A stretch of 63,915 nucleotides of DNA from Welwitschia mirabilis (lineage: Eukaryota), in assembly GCA_051453625.1 (NCBI GenBank), contig JBOZIK010000001.1, forward strand, positions 8,585,711 through 8,649,625, read 5' to 3'. Both the position numbers and the translations under genes were made by a program. The notes below the pieces were generated by a model that worked only from the letters and a program-made list of their open reading frames with translations, had not been told where the DNA came from and searched no databases. Shown here in pieces: positions 28,520 to 41,225 of this stretch (position 1 is the stretch's first letter; each line of letters begins with the position of its first letter).

Positions 28520-29620
28520 TTGAAGCTTATTTTAGAAATATCCTTATTGGCAAATTCTCATCCTTAAAAGGGCCCCAGTCATTAAAAAAATGTGTCTATG
28601 ATGTAATCAGAAGTTTTCTATATGTTTCAAGGAAAACCCTCTTAGAAATGGATGATCACATTTCATTTTTTATTCTAAAGAATAAATGAATAAGATTTTA
28701 GTAGAAGGACCCTATTTTTTTGGCCATAGAGGTTTAGCCCTAACCAAATGATTCCTTTTTATTCTTGATAAACCCACCATTTTTGAAAATATCCCAGTCT
28801 AGATTCACATCTCAAACCCTCACCTAGAAATATGGCATCCAGATTTTTTCAAGCAACTTGATGATATGTTGAAAGAGTTTGTTAAACTTAATAGAAATGT
28901 AGATTTAATGGCAAAAATAACAAGGACTAAATTATGTATTTACATAAAACTGAGTAGCTTCAAAGTAAAAAACCTAATCCTGGAAACTATGTTGTGAGAG
29001 GGTAGGGGTTGGTTTTTAATCTAAAAATCAAAAATATTTCATTACAATGTTTAATGTGTGATGAAAATGGACACACAATGGAGAAATGAAAGAATAATAA
29101 GAAAGTAAAACAAAAATAACTGATAAGAAGTCAAGAAAAAAGATCACAAAAAGAAACTAGCTTCAGTTCCAAATAATCATCCAATCACTTAAGAAAATAA
29201 ATATGATAATCTATCAAAGGAAGAACTAGAATATATGTAGGAAAATGAAACTAAAAAAGAACAGGAAACAAATAAGCGAAAAAATTAGACAACAGAGCAC
29301 ATATAATGCACTAGTTCACTCTTCTGAATTACAATAGCTACCAGGAATGGAAATGAGATAGAAGCAAAGAGATAAGGGTAACAGTGTGGAGGAGCACATT
29401 TCAAAATGTCAATAGCTAACAAAGATTAAAAAATTAGATAAAAGGATAGAAAAATTTAAATGAGTACAAAAAAACATAAAATTAAAAAGGAGATGAAGGA
29501 GGACATCTACAATGATAAGCAATCACAACTCTCCTTTAAATGAATTTCCTGGAATTCTAGAGGCCATGGAATTAGCTAGAAAATTTTCCATCTTTAAATT
29601 CTTCTAAATATTATTTTATT
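28520..29620 (+). mobile_element. Degenerate L1-like LINE: ORF1 (DUF4283 + zinc knuckle) and start of the ORF2 endonuclease
   Basis: NKILVEGPYFFGHRGLALTK*...NIPV*IHISNPHLEIWHPDFFKQL...ITRTKLCIYIKL (28690-28950) matches the GPW..F..L.L..W / PVWV.LP.LPLE.W / ARVCVE.DL pattern. CLMCDENGHTMEK* (29048-29089) is a CX2CX4HX4C remnant. ISWNSRGHG at ~29544-29570 matches the endonuclease N-terminal WNxRG. Confidence 0.85.
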
Positions 29621-30912
29621 ATAAACCCATTGGAGTATGCTAGTTTAGGGTCTATTTCTAATTGGAATTGGGAATGAGAGCTGACTAAATTAGATGATGA
29701 TGTTTGGAACTTTGATTATTAGTGTGATGTCTATCATGCTCGAAAACATAGTTTTTGAGCTATGTTGTTCTTCCTTTTGTCTTATGTTATAATATAATAT
29801 TCCTTTACCATTTCTCAAAAAAGTAAGAAGATGATACTAAATCAAAGTCACTTAAATAATTCTTTTTAAAGAATGAATTAAGAAAGATTAGCATTTTTTT
29901 TAATTTAGATTCTTTCATTCTTTTAAGTGTGATTACGAATTTTTTATTTTATCCATATAAGCCTTAAGGACATGGCATTAACTTTTCAAAATAATAAGTT
30001 CCCAAGCAAAGTATGAATTATGAAAGATTAGTTCTACTTTTAACACTGTATAGTGACATAACATCCTGATTATAAGTTCTAAGAAATTATGTTAGTGAAT
30101 GATAATAATCTAATAATAGGCCTCTATTATTATATGAAATAATAGATTAAAAAATTTTGGAGAATATATTTTAAGGCCTTTAATTCTTGAAATTCTACCA
30201 AAATCTATTCACAAGATGAATTTGTGTTCATTGTAGTACAAGAAAACTAAAATAAAACTAGGCAAGTACCTAGTGTCATTATTTGATAGGGGTAATTCAA
30301 GAAATAGATGCAACATAGACACTTGTAACTTGCATTAAAATGAAATAATGAAGTAAGAGAACAAATTACCTTCCACTTTAATAATTTCTTATAATTTTTT
30401 AAAATAATTATAAGATTGCTAATTCATTTAAGGCTTGGATCATGATGACATAATTTCATTCATTACATGAGTATTGATGAATTACTTAGCACCTCTAATC
30501 CTTAATAGTCCTTCATAAGCATGAAATGTATAAACTACTATACACAAGATTCATCAAATGATAGAAACTACAAATCTTAGAAGTAACCTCAAGAAACTCA
30601 CTTAGCAAAAAAGAAATTAATAATGTACTTTAACTTAAAAATTAAAATCATAATGTTAATTACACTAAAAACAAAAATTAAATAACTATCATTCATGAAA
30701 AGTTAGAAACTACATTACATCAAAGAATAAAAGTACATCAAGTGCAAATCCCTCAAATCTAGACTTAAAACTAGCTCATTCCTAGAGAGGGGAGTTTGAA
30801 ATGCCATATCAACTTGATGCTCTAAGAGTTCTACTTATTTGTTACCTACCAAAGCTATTTACAAATGAAGGCATAAGGCTTGTTTATAGGAAAGTATGGA
30901 AGTCTTTAGCCA

Positions 30913-31155
30913 GTCTTTTAAGGCATTTATTTTGATAAATGCCTTAAATATAGAGCTTTTTAACACATTTATTTTACTAATTGGCTTAAAAAAACAATAA
31001 AAATACTTTTAAGGCATTTTTTTTAAAACAAACATCTTAAAAGCCTTTTTGAAATTGTTTTTAAGGCATTTATAAAAATCATTCCTTAAAGAAAGCTAAT
31101 GAAAATATTTTTAAGGCATTTTTCAAACAAATGAATTAAAACCCTTTTTGAAATT
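30913..31155 (+). mobile_element. CACTA subterminal repeat array (left-end type; terminal CACTA not visible)
   Basis: ttttaaggcatttattttgataaatgccttaaatatagagctttttaa matches 43310-43357 in direct orientation, including the non-palindromic aaatatagagctttttaa and ctaatgaaaat blocks. Confidence 0.75.
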
Positions 31156-31924
31156 TTTTTATCCTTCTATTAACTTTCAACTGAAAATATGCATATAAGA
31201 AAGAGTGACATAAGCTGACTATCATGCTTCTTAAATATGTGTCATACTTTTCAAAGTAGGTGTAGTTATATGTATCACTACAATCCAAGCGAAGGTTCTT
31301 ACTCATGATCAATTTATAAAATATGCTAGGTACTTTTGATGCTTCTCTTTAAGAGTTCCTCCACTTAAAAATTCATAAAAAACAATAACTCATACTTGAT
31401 GTTATTATAAACAAAAGTAGATATTATCATGAAATTTCACTAATATTTTAACCATTTTCTTTTAAAACTTATAACCCTTAGTCATACAAAAAAATAAATA
31501 ACTTTCTAACTAATGGCAGGATCTATTTTGATTATAGATTGAAGAATAAAAGAAACAAATGTCATTCAAGATAAATAAAGTTTAACTTCATGATTCATAG
31601 CAAAACAAGGCTTAGAAGTGATTTCACAATGTTGCATTGCAAGTATATTTAATGATCTATTATGTTTTTATGTTTTCATGTGCCATTAGAAAAAGGTTTT
31701 TCATTTGTTTTCTTATGTATTAAATAAGTTATAGATACTAAAAGACTTATGACATAAAAAAAGCATTAGGATGAAAAGACTATAATTTAGATTAATGGTA
31801 TGAAAATATTGTAGACATTATTGAAGGAATCCAAAGTACATAAAGAATGCATTATATTATTTGAAATGAAAACTTCAAAAGACCCAAACCAATTTCATTG
31901 TGCATTTTCAAAAATAGTTCTAGA

Positions 31925-32225
31925 ATGAATTTCTTCTAAATAATTCCATCACACGTTTCTTTTAAAAACGTAGTATGCAGGCATGTCTCTTTCAAGTACA
32001 TAATGTGCAGATGCATTTCTTCCAAAAATATTTTACGCAAGTATGTTTCTCTAGAAAAACAATTTCATCAAGCATTTCTTCCAAAAACATAGTGCGTGGG
32101 CTACTTCTTTGCATTGAGATCAAGCATTTCTTCTAAAACACAATGCACGATCTACTTCTCTGCTTCAAGAATCGACTAAGATCTATTACTTTTGTGCATT
32201 GAGAAGCAAGTATTTCTTCTAAAAT
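31925..32225. repeat. Degenerate ~30-bp tandem repeats (core catttcttccaaaaaca)
   Basis: Recurrent atttcttc(c/t)aaaa cores at irregular ~25-50 bp spacing. Confidence 0.55.
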
Positions 32226-35200
32226 TGTACTATATCTTATTTTATTCCACTTCTTAATTAAAGTTCAATAGCATAAAATTTAATCTTTTAGGTAGAAAAC
32301 AGATAGAACACATTTTAAAGCATTTTTACTATGCTTTGGGGATCTTTCCTATTTAACATAAAGAGAAATTACTCTAAATCTAGAGACTATGAGTTTTCTA
32401 AAGCATCTTTTCTCATCCACCAAAATCTAAAATCTTATCTCCTTTTAGATTTTAAAAGTCACAGCTAATACAAAAAGGAATAGAGACTAAATCTAGAATG
32501 GAATAAAACATGAAAGAAGATTCCAAAGAGGTCTTGGTTAGGAGATTCATACATATTTTGATGCTAGGTATGAGGGAAGTATTTATATTATTTACAATAT
32601 TCTAATTTGATATGTGAAGATTAAGATACTAAAATTGTAGAAGAAAAAATCTATATTTACTGTGTCTTATAACTTGATAGAAATACATAGTAATTTGCTG
32701 AGATAGTAATAGAGATGTTAGAAGTAGCCAGATTGATGACAACACTACAAGAGCTTGGGTATCAAGGAATTTAAGAGAAGAAATTTTTCTCTAGCTTTGA
32801 TTGTAATAGACATCTCTTTGTCTTTAGTGCATTAATAGCAAAACAAAATTAAGTTTTCTTCTTTTCATGTTGTAGATTTGATGCCTTAAATTAAGGTATT
32901 TTTATGGCCCTATGCTTGGGGTTTGAATAATTTGTATATTAAAACTTAATAGATGTTATACACATGTAGAGCCACTGAAATTTATTGTGAAACATTGTTA
33001 TCTAATCTAATAAAGTGGGTGAAGATGATTAAAAGTTCATAGTAACATAATCACTCCCAGAATCCTAGAGGAACTAGTATTGCATGGACATCATAAGAGC
33101 TTTCAACTAATTCCAGATGGAACTAAGGATTTGCACTCTCTATCATGCATTTGGAGCTTCCCTCTTTCTTCCAAGTCAATTGTTCTACTTTGTTCGGTTG
33201 TGTTTTCCATTAAGTACTCTTATCTATGAAGTGCATTCCCTATTCTCTTTTAATCCCCTATTTTGTATCCTCCTTCCTTTATGGTTGAGGATTTTCTCTC
33301 CTTCCTTCCTATACTTAATGTGATGTTGAATCAGCATGCACTTTAGTATTAAGAGTAACAGCTTTTGACATTTATAGTAGTGAGGAAAATGATAAGCATA
33401 GCGGTGTTGTAGCTGAGAGATCTACATCTTCTTAAAATAAAATGCTAGCTTGAGAGGATAAGATAAGATGTTATGCTAGCCTTCTTTCACACTGTTATTC
33501 CTACTCTTCCTGCTTTTGCTTTATTATCTATATGTTTTATATTATTTATATTTTTCATCATTTCTAGATAAAGTAAGATTTGTATGTTTGAAAAAATAGC
33601 TTAATTTAATTTTTGTAAGCATAGGACTTCTCTAAGGTTTGTGTTTCTTAGGTTGATTGAGATTTTAAATTACACTATTAACACGAAACTACCTATGTGA
33701 TTTTTAGCTTCTCTCATTAGTATTTATTGGTATCTTCCAATGTATTTGCTTATACAAGGCTATACATAATCATATTACCATCATTTATCAAACTGATTTC
33801 TTATCAAGTGTAATTACTTTAATTGCTCTATGTTAGTAAATTCTGTCATCTAACATTTATTACGAAGGAAGCTTTTTAAAATTTATAATCCTTAGGACAT
33901 GTAGTATTCTATTGTCTTTATTTATTAATAATCTTATAACATCATGAGCTGCAGGTACTATTATTAAATGCACACTGTACAAAAAAATTTTCTGGTTTGT
34001 TCTTTGGAAAACCCTTGACTAAATCTAATGATGATTTTGTCAATCTCATAAAGTAGTAGTTTTGAAAAGATAGTAAGATTTTAATTGTCTGTCAGAAAGG
34101 TCTGATATTAGTTTAGAGGTTTTTAGTTTAACATTTCATCTTCATTGTCTAAATTTATTATACTAATTTATTTGGATTACTTACACATTCTCGTAAGAAT
34201 ATTTGTCATTTAGAATGCATGAAACATCTCCATGCTTTCAAGTCTAGTGTGGTAGCTAGGAAACTAAAAGCAACTGGGTACTAAATTTTATCTTATATTA
34301 CTTTAGGTATTTAATTGGTAGAACTAGGTATAAGAGTGTTGATTCTTAATGTAAATATCCATGTAAACTGATTAATATAAAAATTAAAATTTATTATTGA
34401 GTGACAAGGCTTTCTTACAAGTCTTACTACACTACACTACATTCTAAATCATATAGGGACTAAAAAAAAAGGAACATTGGAGTTCCAAGATGCTAGAAAA
34501 TTAGGTCCGGTCATAACTGGAAAATCAGGTCTAGTCATAATTTAGGGGAAAATATCCATTGTATTGGGCATAATTCTTATAAGTAAGAGCATTTGTCTAT
34601 AGATTTCTTAATACTAGTAATTATTTTAATCCATTATGAATTGAAGGATGCATGCTAAGTATGTAGGTGTATTATTATAGACTATTGTTCTATTAGGTTC
34701 CCTTAAAGATTTACATCATTTTCATGTTCTATTTAATTTATAACATTTATAGGTACCCACTTTCCAGAAACATAGCCTTGAGATACAATGTAAAATTCAT
34801 AATAGGAATAATACAGTGGCTTCATGATATAGAAGAATGTAATGTAGATGGTATAATTATTAGCTAGGAATAGTAAATAATGAAAGATGTCATGGTCTAG
34901 GATTTCAAGTATTAACACAGTGGTTCACTTTCTGCTCTTGACTAACTGCACTCTTTAAGACCTTGCATTTGGCAGTTCAAAGGAATCTAATATATCATGT
35001 GCTTACAAATAATTGATTCACTCACCAGCACTATCAGTTCCACTGTCATCTTTCAAATATTTTCAACCTTATGCAAAAGGTTACATGTACATGTATTAAT
35101 TCACTTTTACTGATAGCACAAGTTACATTATCCATAAACATGTATGTGCTTAGTTAATAACATTTGAACACCATCTCAGTACACATGATTATGTATGTCC

Positions 35201-38200
35201 TAGTTACACTAATCCACATCCATGAATAAAGAGTGATAACAATTATTTATGAAAATACAAAGGGTTTTGCTACATCACTAAAACCCATTATCATATGTTG
35301 CAAGGGTATTTTAATCATGTGAAGGATGTTATGGTTCAACTTGATCACCTATTCATTAATTAAAATTTTCAAATAAATGTTTATTTCTTGATGTAATTCT
35401 TAACATTGCTACATATCCGTCACCAACTGAAAAGACATATTAGGATTCAGCAAGAGTGGGGCTAAGTAGATTTAGACTAGTTCATTGAGGAAAGGAAATG
35501 GAAGTTGGGTCTAGACAAGTTGCATTTTAGGTGAACCTAACTATAGAGAGTAGCATTATTGAAGCTTAGACTAGGTATGATAATATCTAATGACATCTAA
35601 TCATTTGAATTAATGAATTAATAGATTAAGCTCCATCAAGTGTAAATAAACTTAGAAGCACTTGCATCTGATGTTTTATAAGATTTATAAGTTCTGTGTG
35701 CTTATAATAATATATACATGTGCTTATAATAACATCAAGTGCTTTTAATATCAGCTTCTGCTTATAAGACTAGTAAGCCTTTTTCAGTAAGAAAAAATTA
35801 GGTCCAAAAATTTTACTCTTTGCATATCTTACCTTGAAATATTTTAAAGATAAGATCTTAACCTAAGAGAATCTTAAAGGCCTTTATTTTCCTTCTTGTT
35901 TTTACTTATGGAATGATAATTTTAAATTCATAGATCTAGATGGTATGTAGTATGAGTTTACCTTTTTTAACATAGTGTGGATTAATTCTAGACATTTATT
36001 AATCGTCTTTAGTATTATATTCTTAAGATGATACTAAGTGGATAATTATGAAAAGCTTGAAAGAACAAAATCAGTAATTCCCTTAGACTAATTAAGGAAA
36101 AAATTATCCACCAAAATAAACATTATGTATGATATACATAGCGAAATAAATGTATAACCATCCTAACAAATTCTTGACACCAGTTGTTGCATATCTAATT
36201 AATCCTTTACTAATGACTTATTGATCTCAAAATCTAGTCTTAAAAGTCATCTCAGATTATTTGACTTGGTTGGTATGGATTCAACATTCCAAATGCACAT
36301 CTAATGGAGTGTTTTCTTACTTTGAGATTTCTTAAATTTACCTATGTGAGAGATCTTTGCCTACTGATATGCTACTTTTTTAATGACATTAATTCAGTAA
36401 TTTTAAAAAATACTCAAAAGAGGGACTTCAAAGAAAATTAATATTTTGTAGTATAAAGCAATTAATTTTGAAGCTAATTATAGTTGTTGATTTAGAGTTG
36501 TAATCATAACGAGACTAATTATCAATAGGAACCAATGAAGTAAAAGGTTTTAAGAGAAATAATTTGAATTAATTGTCTACAATTAAGTCTCATATACTAA
36601 GATTTATCTAATGACTAATAATATCCATTATTAGACCTATAATTACAAATATCATGTGGTTGATTTGAGATCTTATCCAAGGCTTCAGAAAGAAAGATTA
36701 AGATAACTCGCTAGGGTTGTTTGTATGTCTTATTTTAAACTTGATATGAAATATAGAAAACCATATTGAAGTGCTTATTCATTGAGTTTTTTTTTTCCTA
36801 TTGGATCGTTTGAAAAGAAATGATGGTGTTGTCAAAATAAGGACTACAGGTATGTGGGTAATAGGAAATTATACTTTTGCAACTAAAAGGAATAGACAAA
36901 TGGATTCTTTTGATGAACCTATGCCCCATTAACAGAAAACAAAAGGAAAGCTTTATTGGATTGAGGTAAGAATTGTAAATAATCCTCTTATTTTTGAATA
37001 GAAAAAGAAAATTGGTGAAGAAAGAAGAAAAAGACAAGGCAATAATGATGAGGCAGAGAGAAAGGCAAGGTCTAAGCTAGAGGCAAATTAATTACTATTG
37101 AAGATATTAAAGGTAAGGAAGTTTTATTTCTTTTTTAAAGTGTCCTTTTTTTTTCCTATTAGGTTGATGCAAGAGCTATCTGAAGCTTCACAATTGCATC
37201 AAAATTCTTTCCAATTCATTGTACACATAAGGCATAGTAAAGTTTACTTGAGGCTTGATAACAAATACATGCTTTAATGCATGAAAGTAGAATGAACCTT
37301 CCCTTCATAACACATAGCATAAGAAGGTCATTCCATCTATTGTATATACTAGAGGAGAGGATAATTTGATATTAAAATCATATGGAGCATACAATATAAT
37401 CATGAAAGAGGCTTAATTTGTCATGCTTGCATTTCACACTTAGAAAATAGTTTTAATTGCTGGAAAACTGACTGATGTTGAATATATGATGGCTTGAAGA
37501 TTTACATGAATAATATGGATTCTAATAATTCATGGTATGAAGGGAATATCATGGACATTCAAGCTATTTTTTTTAATCTAGATTATCTCTTAAATACATG
37601 CATTACAACATTTCTGAGAAAGGAAGGTACTTATGAAGATACAAAAGGTTACATGCAAAAAATGATCCTTGTTGTATCTAAAGTAAAAAATTCTAGAAAA
37701 TATTAGAAAACTTGAAATGGACATGATTGTTGTCTTTTTAGTAAATTTTCAAAATAGAGGAAATTAAAGGAGAAGGCAGTGGGCCAAAACAAGGGAACTG
37801 TCTAGAAGAAGGTAGGGGATAAGAAAGATACAAAAACAAAGTCAATGCTTTCAATAACTATTGCAAAGATTCTTGCAGAATACTTTTTGAAATTCAAGCA
37901 TGATAATTTCTAGTGGAACAATCTTGATTTCAAGAATCTCTTATAGTATCATAGCCATCTACATAGTTTAATGTTTGTAAAAAATAATGACATTGTTGGA
38001 TGCTCTCAAGAAATTAGTTATCATTATTTTTTATGTATCATAATCAAGTTATTCTTTTAACATTAACTCCTAGTCTAGAGTGGAGGAAATTACTTTCCAT
38101 TAAACAAACTAAGCTAGATTTACACACATGGGATAAAGCTTTATTATATGATTAACGTAAAACATTATCACAAGATATCAAGTCTTCCTTTTGTAAAATT

Positions 38201-40718
38201 TATTAAAGAAGCATTAAAGGTATCGGTGTTAATAGATGCAAATAAGCCATTTGAATGCATATGAAGGTATAAACCTATATTTCATGAGTGTTTAGTGGGA
38301 AGAACAAATAGGAAAAATGAAAACCGAGGCATTTGAAACAAACACAGAGCTCTCGTATGCATGAACTGGGAGCTGGAAATAAGCATCCTCCATTTCTTGT
38401 AAATCAATCTTGCATTAAAAAGGTTGTAAAATACACCCTAGTAAGACACAAGAATTTCAAGTGTTTCTCTTAAACATGTCTATATGTTGAGGCTATGAGT
38501 TATTTCCCATGGCTTAGATAAAGGAAATAAAATTTGACACATTTCCCATACCTTGATAATGTTCATATATTTCATAAAAAATAAAATATAAAATAAAGAG
38601 TGCATTACTAATATTAAACACAAATAAAAAAGGTCATAACTATAGCTATTCCCTTTGAGAAGAGCTACAATTAGTGCTATAGCTTTTCTACTATAGAGAT
38701 GTCTCAAATTTTTTAGCTTAATCATGTATGTGACTAGATCATGATGAGAATCATTAAAACATTAAAAAAATCATGAGAATATGCATAAGAATGCAATGGT
38801 CCTGTGGATTAAAACTACACATTAATAGGATGTTAATAGAGATACAATTTCTAATGAAAAGATGCATTGGATTCATAAAAGTGTAAAATAATTAATAAGA
38901 ATTAATTATCAAGGTNNNNNNNNNNNNNNNNNNNNNNNNNNNNNNNNNNNNNNNNNNNNNNNNNNNNNNNNNNNNNNNNNNNNNNNNNNNNNNNNNNNNN
39001 NNNNNNNNNNNNNNNAATGAAAAGATGCATTGGATTCATAAAAGTGTAAAATAATTAATAATAATTAATTATCAAGGTTTTAGAATGCTGAATATCATAT
39101 AGTAACACTCCACATTTTTTAAAAATCATGAGATACATTTTGAATTGAGAAGACATTCAAGTAATTTTTGAAAGTTATTTTTCAATGAAAAAGGCTAAAA
39201 GGTGGGATCATTAACATTCAAGTTGAGAATAATTAGGTATACTTAACTCTCATGATGGTAAAAATAGTAGATAATACTCTCTTATAGCATTTTTATTACT
39301 AACTAATTTCATAAGTCACTTTTATAAAATGACTTACCTCTAAGAAAAGCTTGTACTTAGCAGTGATTAATTTCTTTTTCATGCCTTCTCTTCCTTTTTT
39401 GTCCTAGGCTACAAAAAATATCCATTTCAAGAAAATATAAAGAAAGAAGTAAGAATACTATGAGGAATGAGAAAAAATAAAAAAAAAATGAAATCCAAAG
39501 TAGGAAACATGAAAAGAAAGAAAAATATTTACTATTTAGAATATAGTCATGAAGGAGAGTTTTTTATAGTGATTAGCACTAAGTAGCTAAAGATGCAAAT
39601 GGAAAGTATTTAGAAGGACATTTCAATTATCTATCTATTAAAGGAAATCAATTTGTCTTTATAAATATGAAAACTAGAAAACGATGTCTCTTTTCCCTAA
39701 ATGTCCTAATATACAATTTAAAAAAAAAAAATTCAAACTCTATGAGAATTGCAAAAATTTTAATGGATGACTTTTGTAATTTGACAAAATATCAAATGAA
39801 AATTTTGGATTCTAAACAATGTCAAATAATACTATCCAAATTGTAGATCCTTAAAGGATTGCTAGAGACTCTTGAGTAAAAGATAGTATCTCTTTATCCA
39901 CAAAAATTACAAAGAAGAATCTTAATTTAGAATTCTAATTTCCTTTTCATTTGAATGTAAATCCACCATTTCTTGACAATGATCTTACTAGAATTGCATT
40001 AAATATGTTTTTAAATTTTACATCAACTATTACAGAAGAAACATTTCCATTTATAAGTGAGTAACTATCATTCTTAAAGTTAATCAATGTTTCAGTAGCT
40101 AACATATGACATTTGTAGTTTTACTATAATATACAAGGGAATTTAAATTTTCAAAGTAGTTTCAGAGTACTTTAATGATAATGAAATAAGGCATTCTATA
40201 GGGCGCTTATTGGTATTTTATAAGATGCTGAACAACATTTTACTAGATAATGTGTCTCAATGATGTGGCTTTAAACATAATCAATTTTTGTGATTTTAGG
40301 TATGCTTCGCATAATCAAGGGACATTATAGTTACTCTGGCCCAAATCACAAGAGCATTTTACCTCCACAACCTCATGCAATATTTTCAGTTCTATGTTGT
40401 TAAGCTTCTTAGAAATAGAGACTGTTAACTGCATCTTTAAGACAAGCAGTTATGATTTGATAATAGCTAAGAAGGATACCAAAATATTTCTTTCAATCTA
40501 ATATAATGGACATAATTAAATGTTAAAAAAATACCAAACCTTGGTAGCTTTGTACTTTCTATTAGCAACTTTGTTTGTAATGCCTAGACCAAGAAAACTT
40601 TTAATGCTACAATAATTTTTGATGTACTAATGGAAAGTCTTTTTTTTGCCTCTATAAGTTGTTCATTGAGGTTTTTTTTTTTTTGACCTATGTGATTTTC
40701 TATATTTTTTATTAGTTT

Positions 40719-41225
40719 CAAGATACAATTTGGAATGCTAGCAAGTTTTTTAACTCAAACAATGTTAACTCTTTTTCTAATTTATCATAAAACACCTAGA
40801 TGAAACTTCTAATGTGTTTTGTTAATGGAATATCTATGTTTAATTAGTGTTAGTGAAGTAGAAGCTCTCTATGAGCTTTTTAAGAAGACTATTAGTGTTT
40901 TAGTATATGATAGCCTTATCAGTAAGGTAAAGCATTTATTTCACCATGGATAAATGAAGAAGAATCATATCAAAGTTATGTATTGTTAAGCTTTATATTA
41001 TGATGTAGAAGTATTATTATTATACTAATGGATATAAATTTTATGACTTACAATTAGTTTATGATAATTGGAATATTTCTTAACTGATGCTAATAGCCAT
41101 CTTAATGTTTATTTTTATAAAATGCCATTTTCCTTATATTTTATTTGATAATATCCTTTTTTGTAGGAGAAGTTTCAACTAGCACTATTTAGAACTAATA
41201 GGAAGGAAGTCTTTTTGCATATAGG
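40719..41225 (+). pseudogene. CBL: Calcineurin B-like (CBL) calcium sensor gene fragment with introns
   Basis: Exon 40844-40926 (83 nt) reads (F)[27 protein letters not shown]|gt versus CBL [28 protein letters not shown]; its acceptor has decayed to aa. Exon 41167-41225 (ag...gt, 59 nt, 1-nt deletion) reads EKFQLALFRTNRKE(S)LFAYR versus [20 protein letters not shown]. Possible preceding exon end QDTIF at 40719-40731 (cf. RDTVF). Confidence 0.92.

Noticed and set aside
33095-33175. miR159/319-like motifs (agagctttc..., ggagcttccctctttcttccaa)
   Set aside because: Poor match to the mature miRNA and no complementary hairpin arm visible.
34753-35079. ag...gt-bounded 327-nt segment that looks Q-rich if stops are reverted to CAA/CAG
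   Set aside because: It has about 13 stops; any stop codon can be reverted by T>C, so this is not evidence, and no family was recognised.
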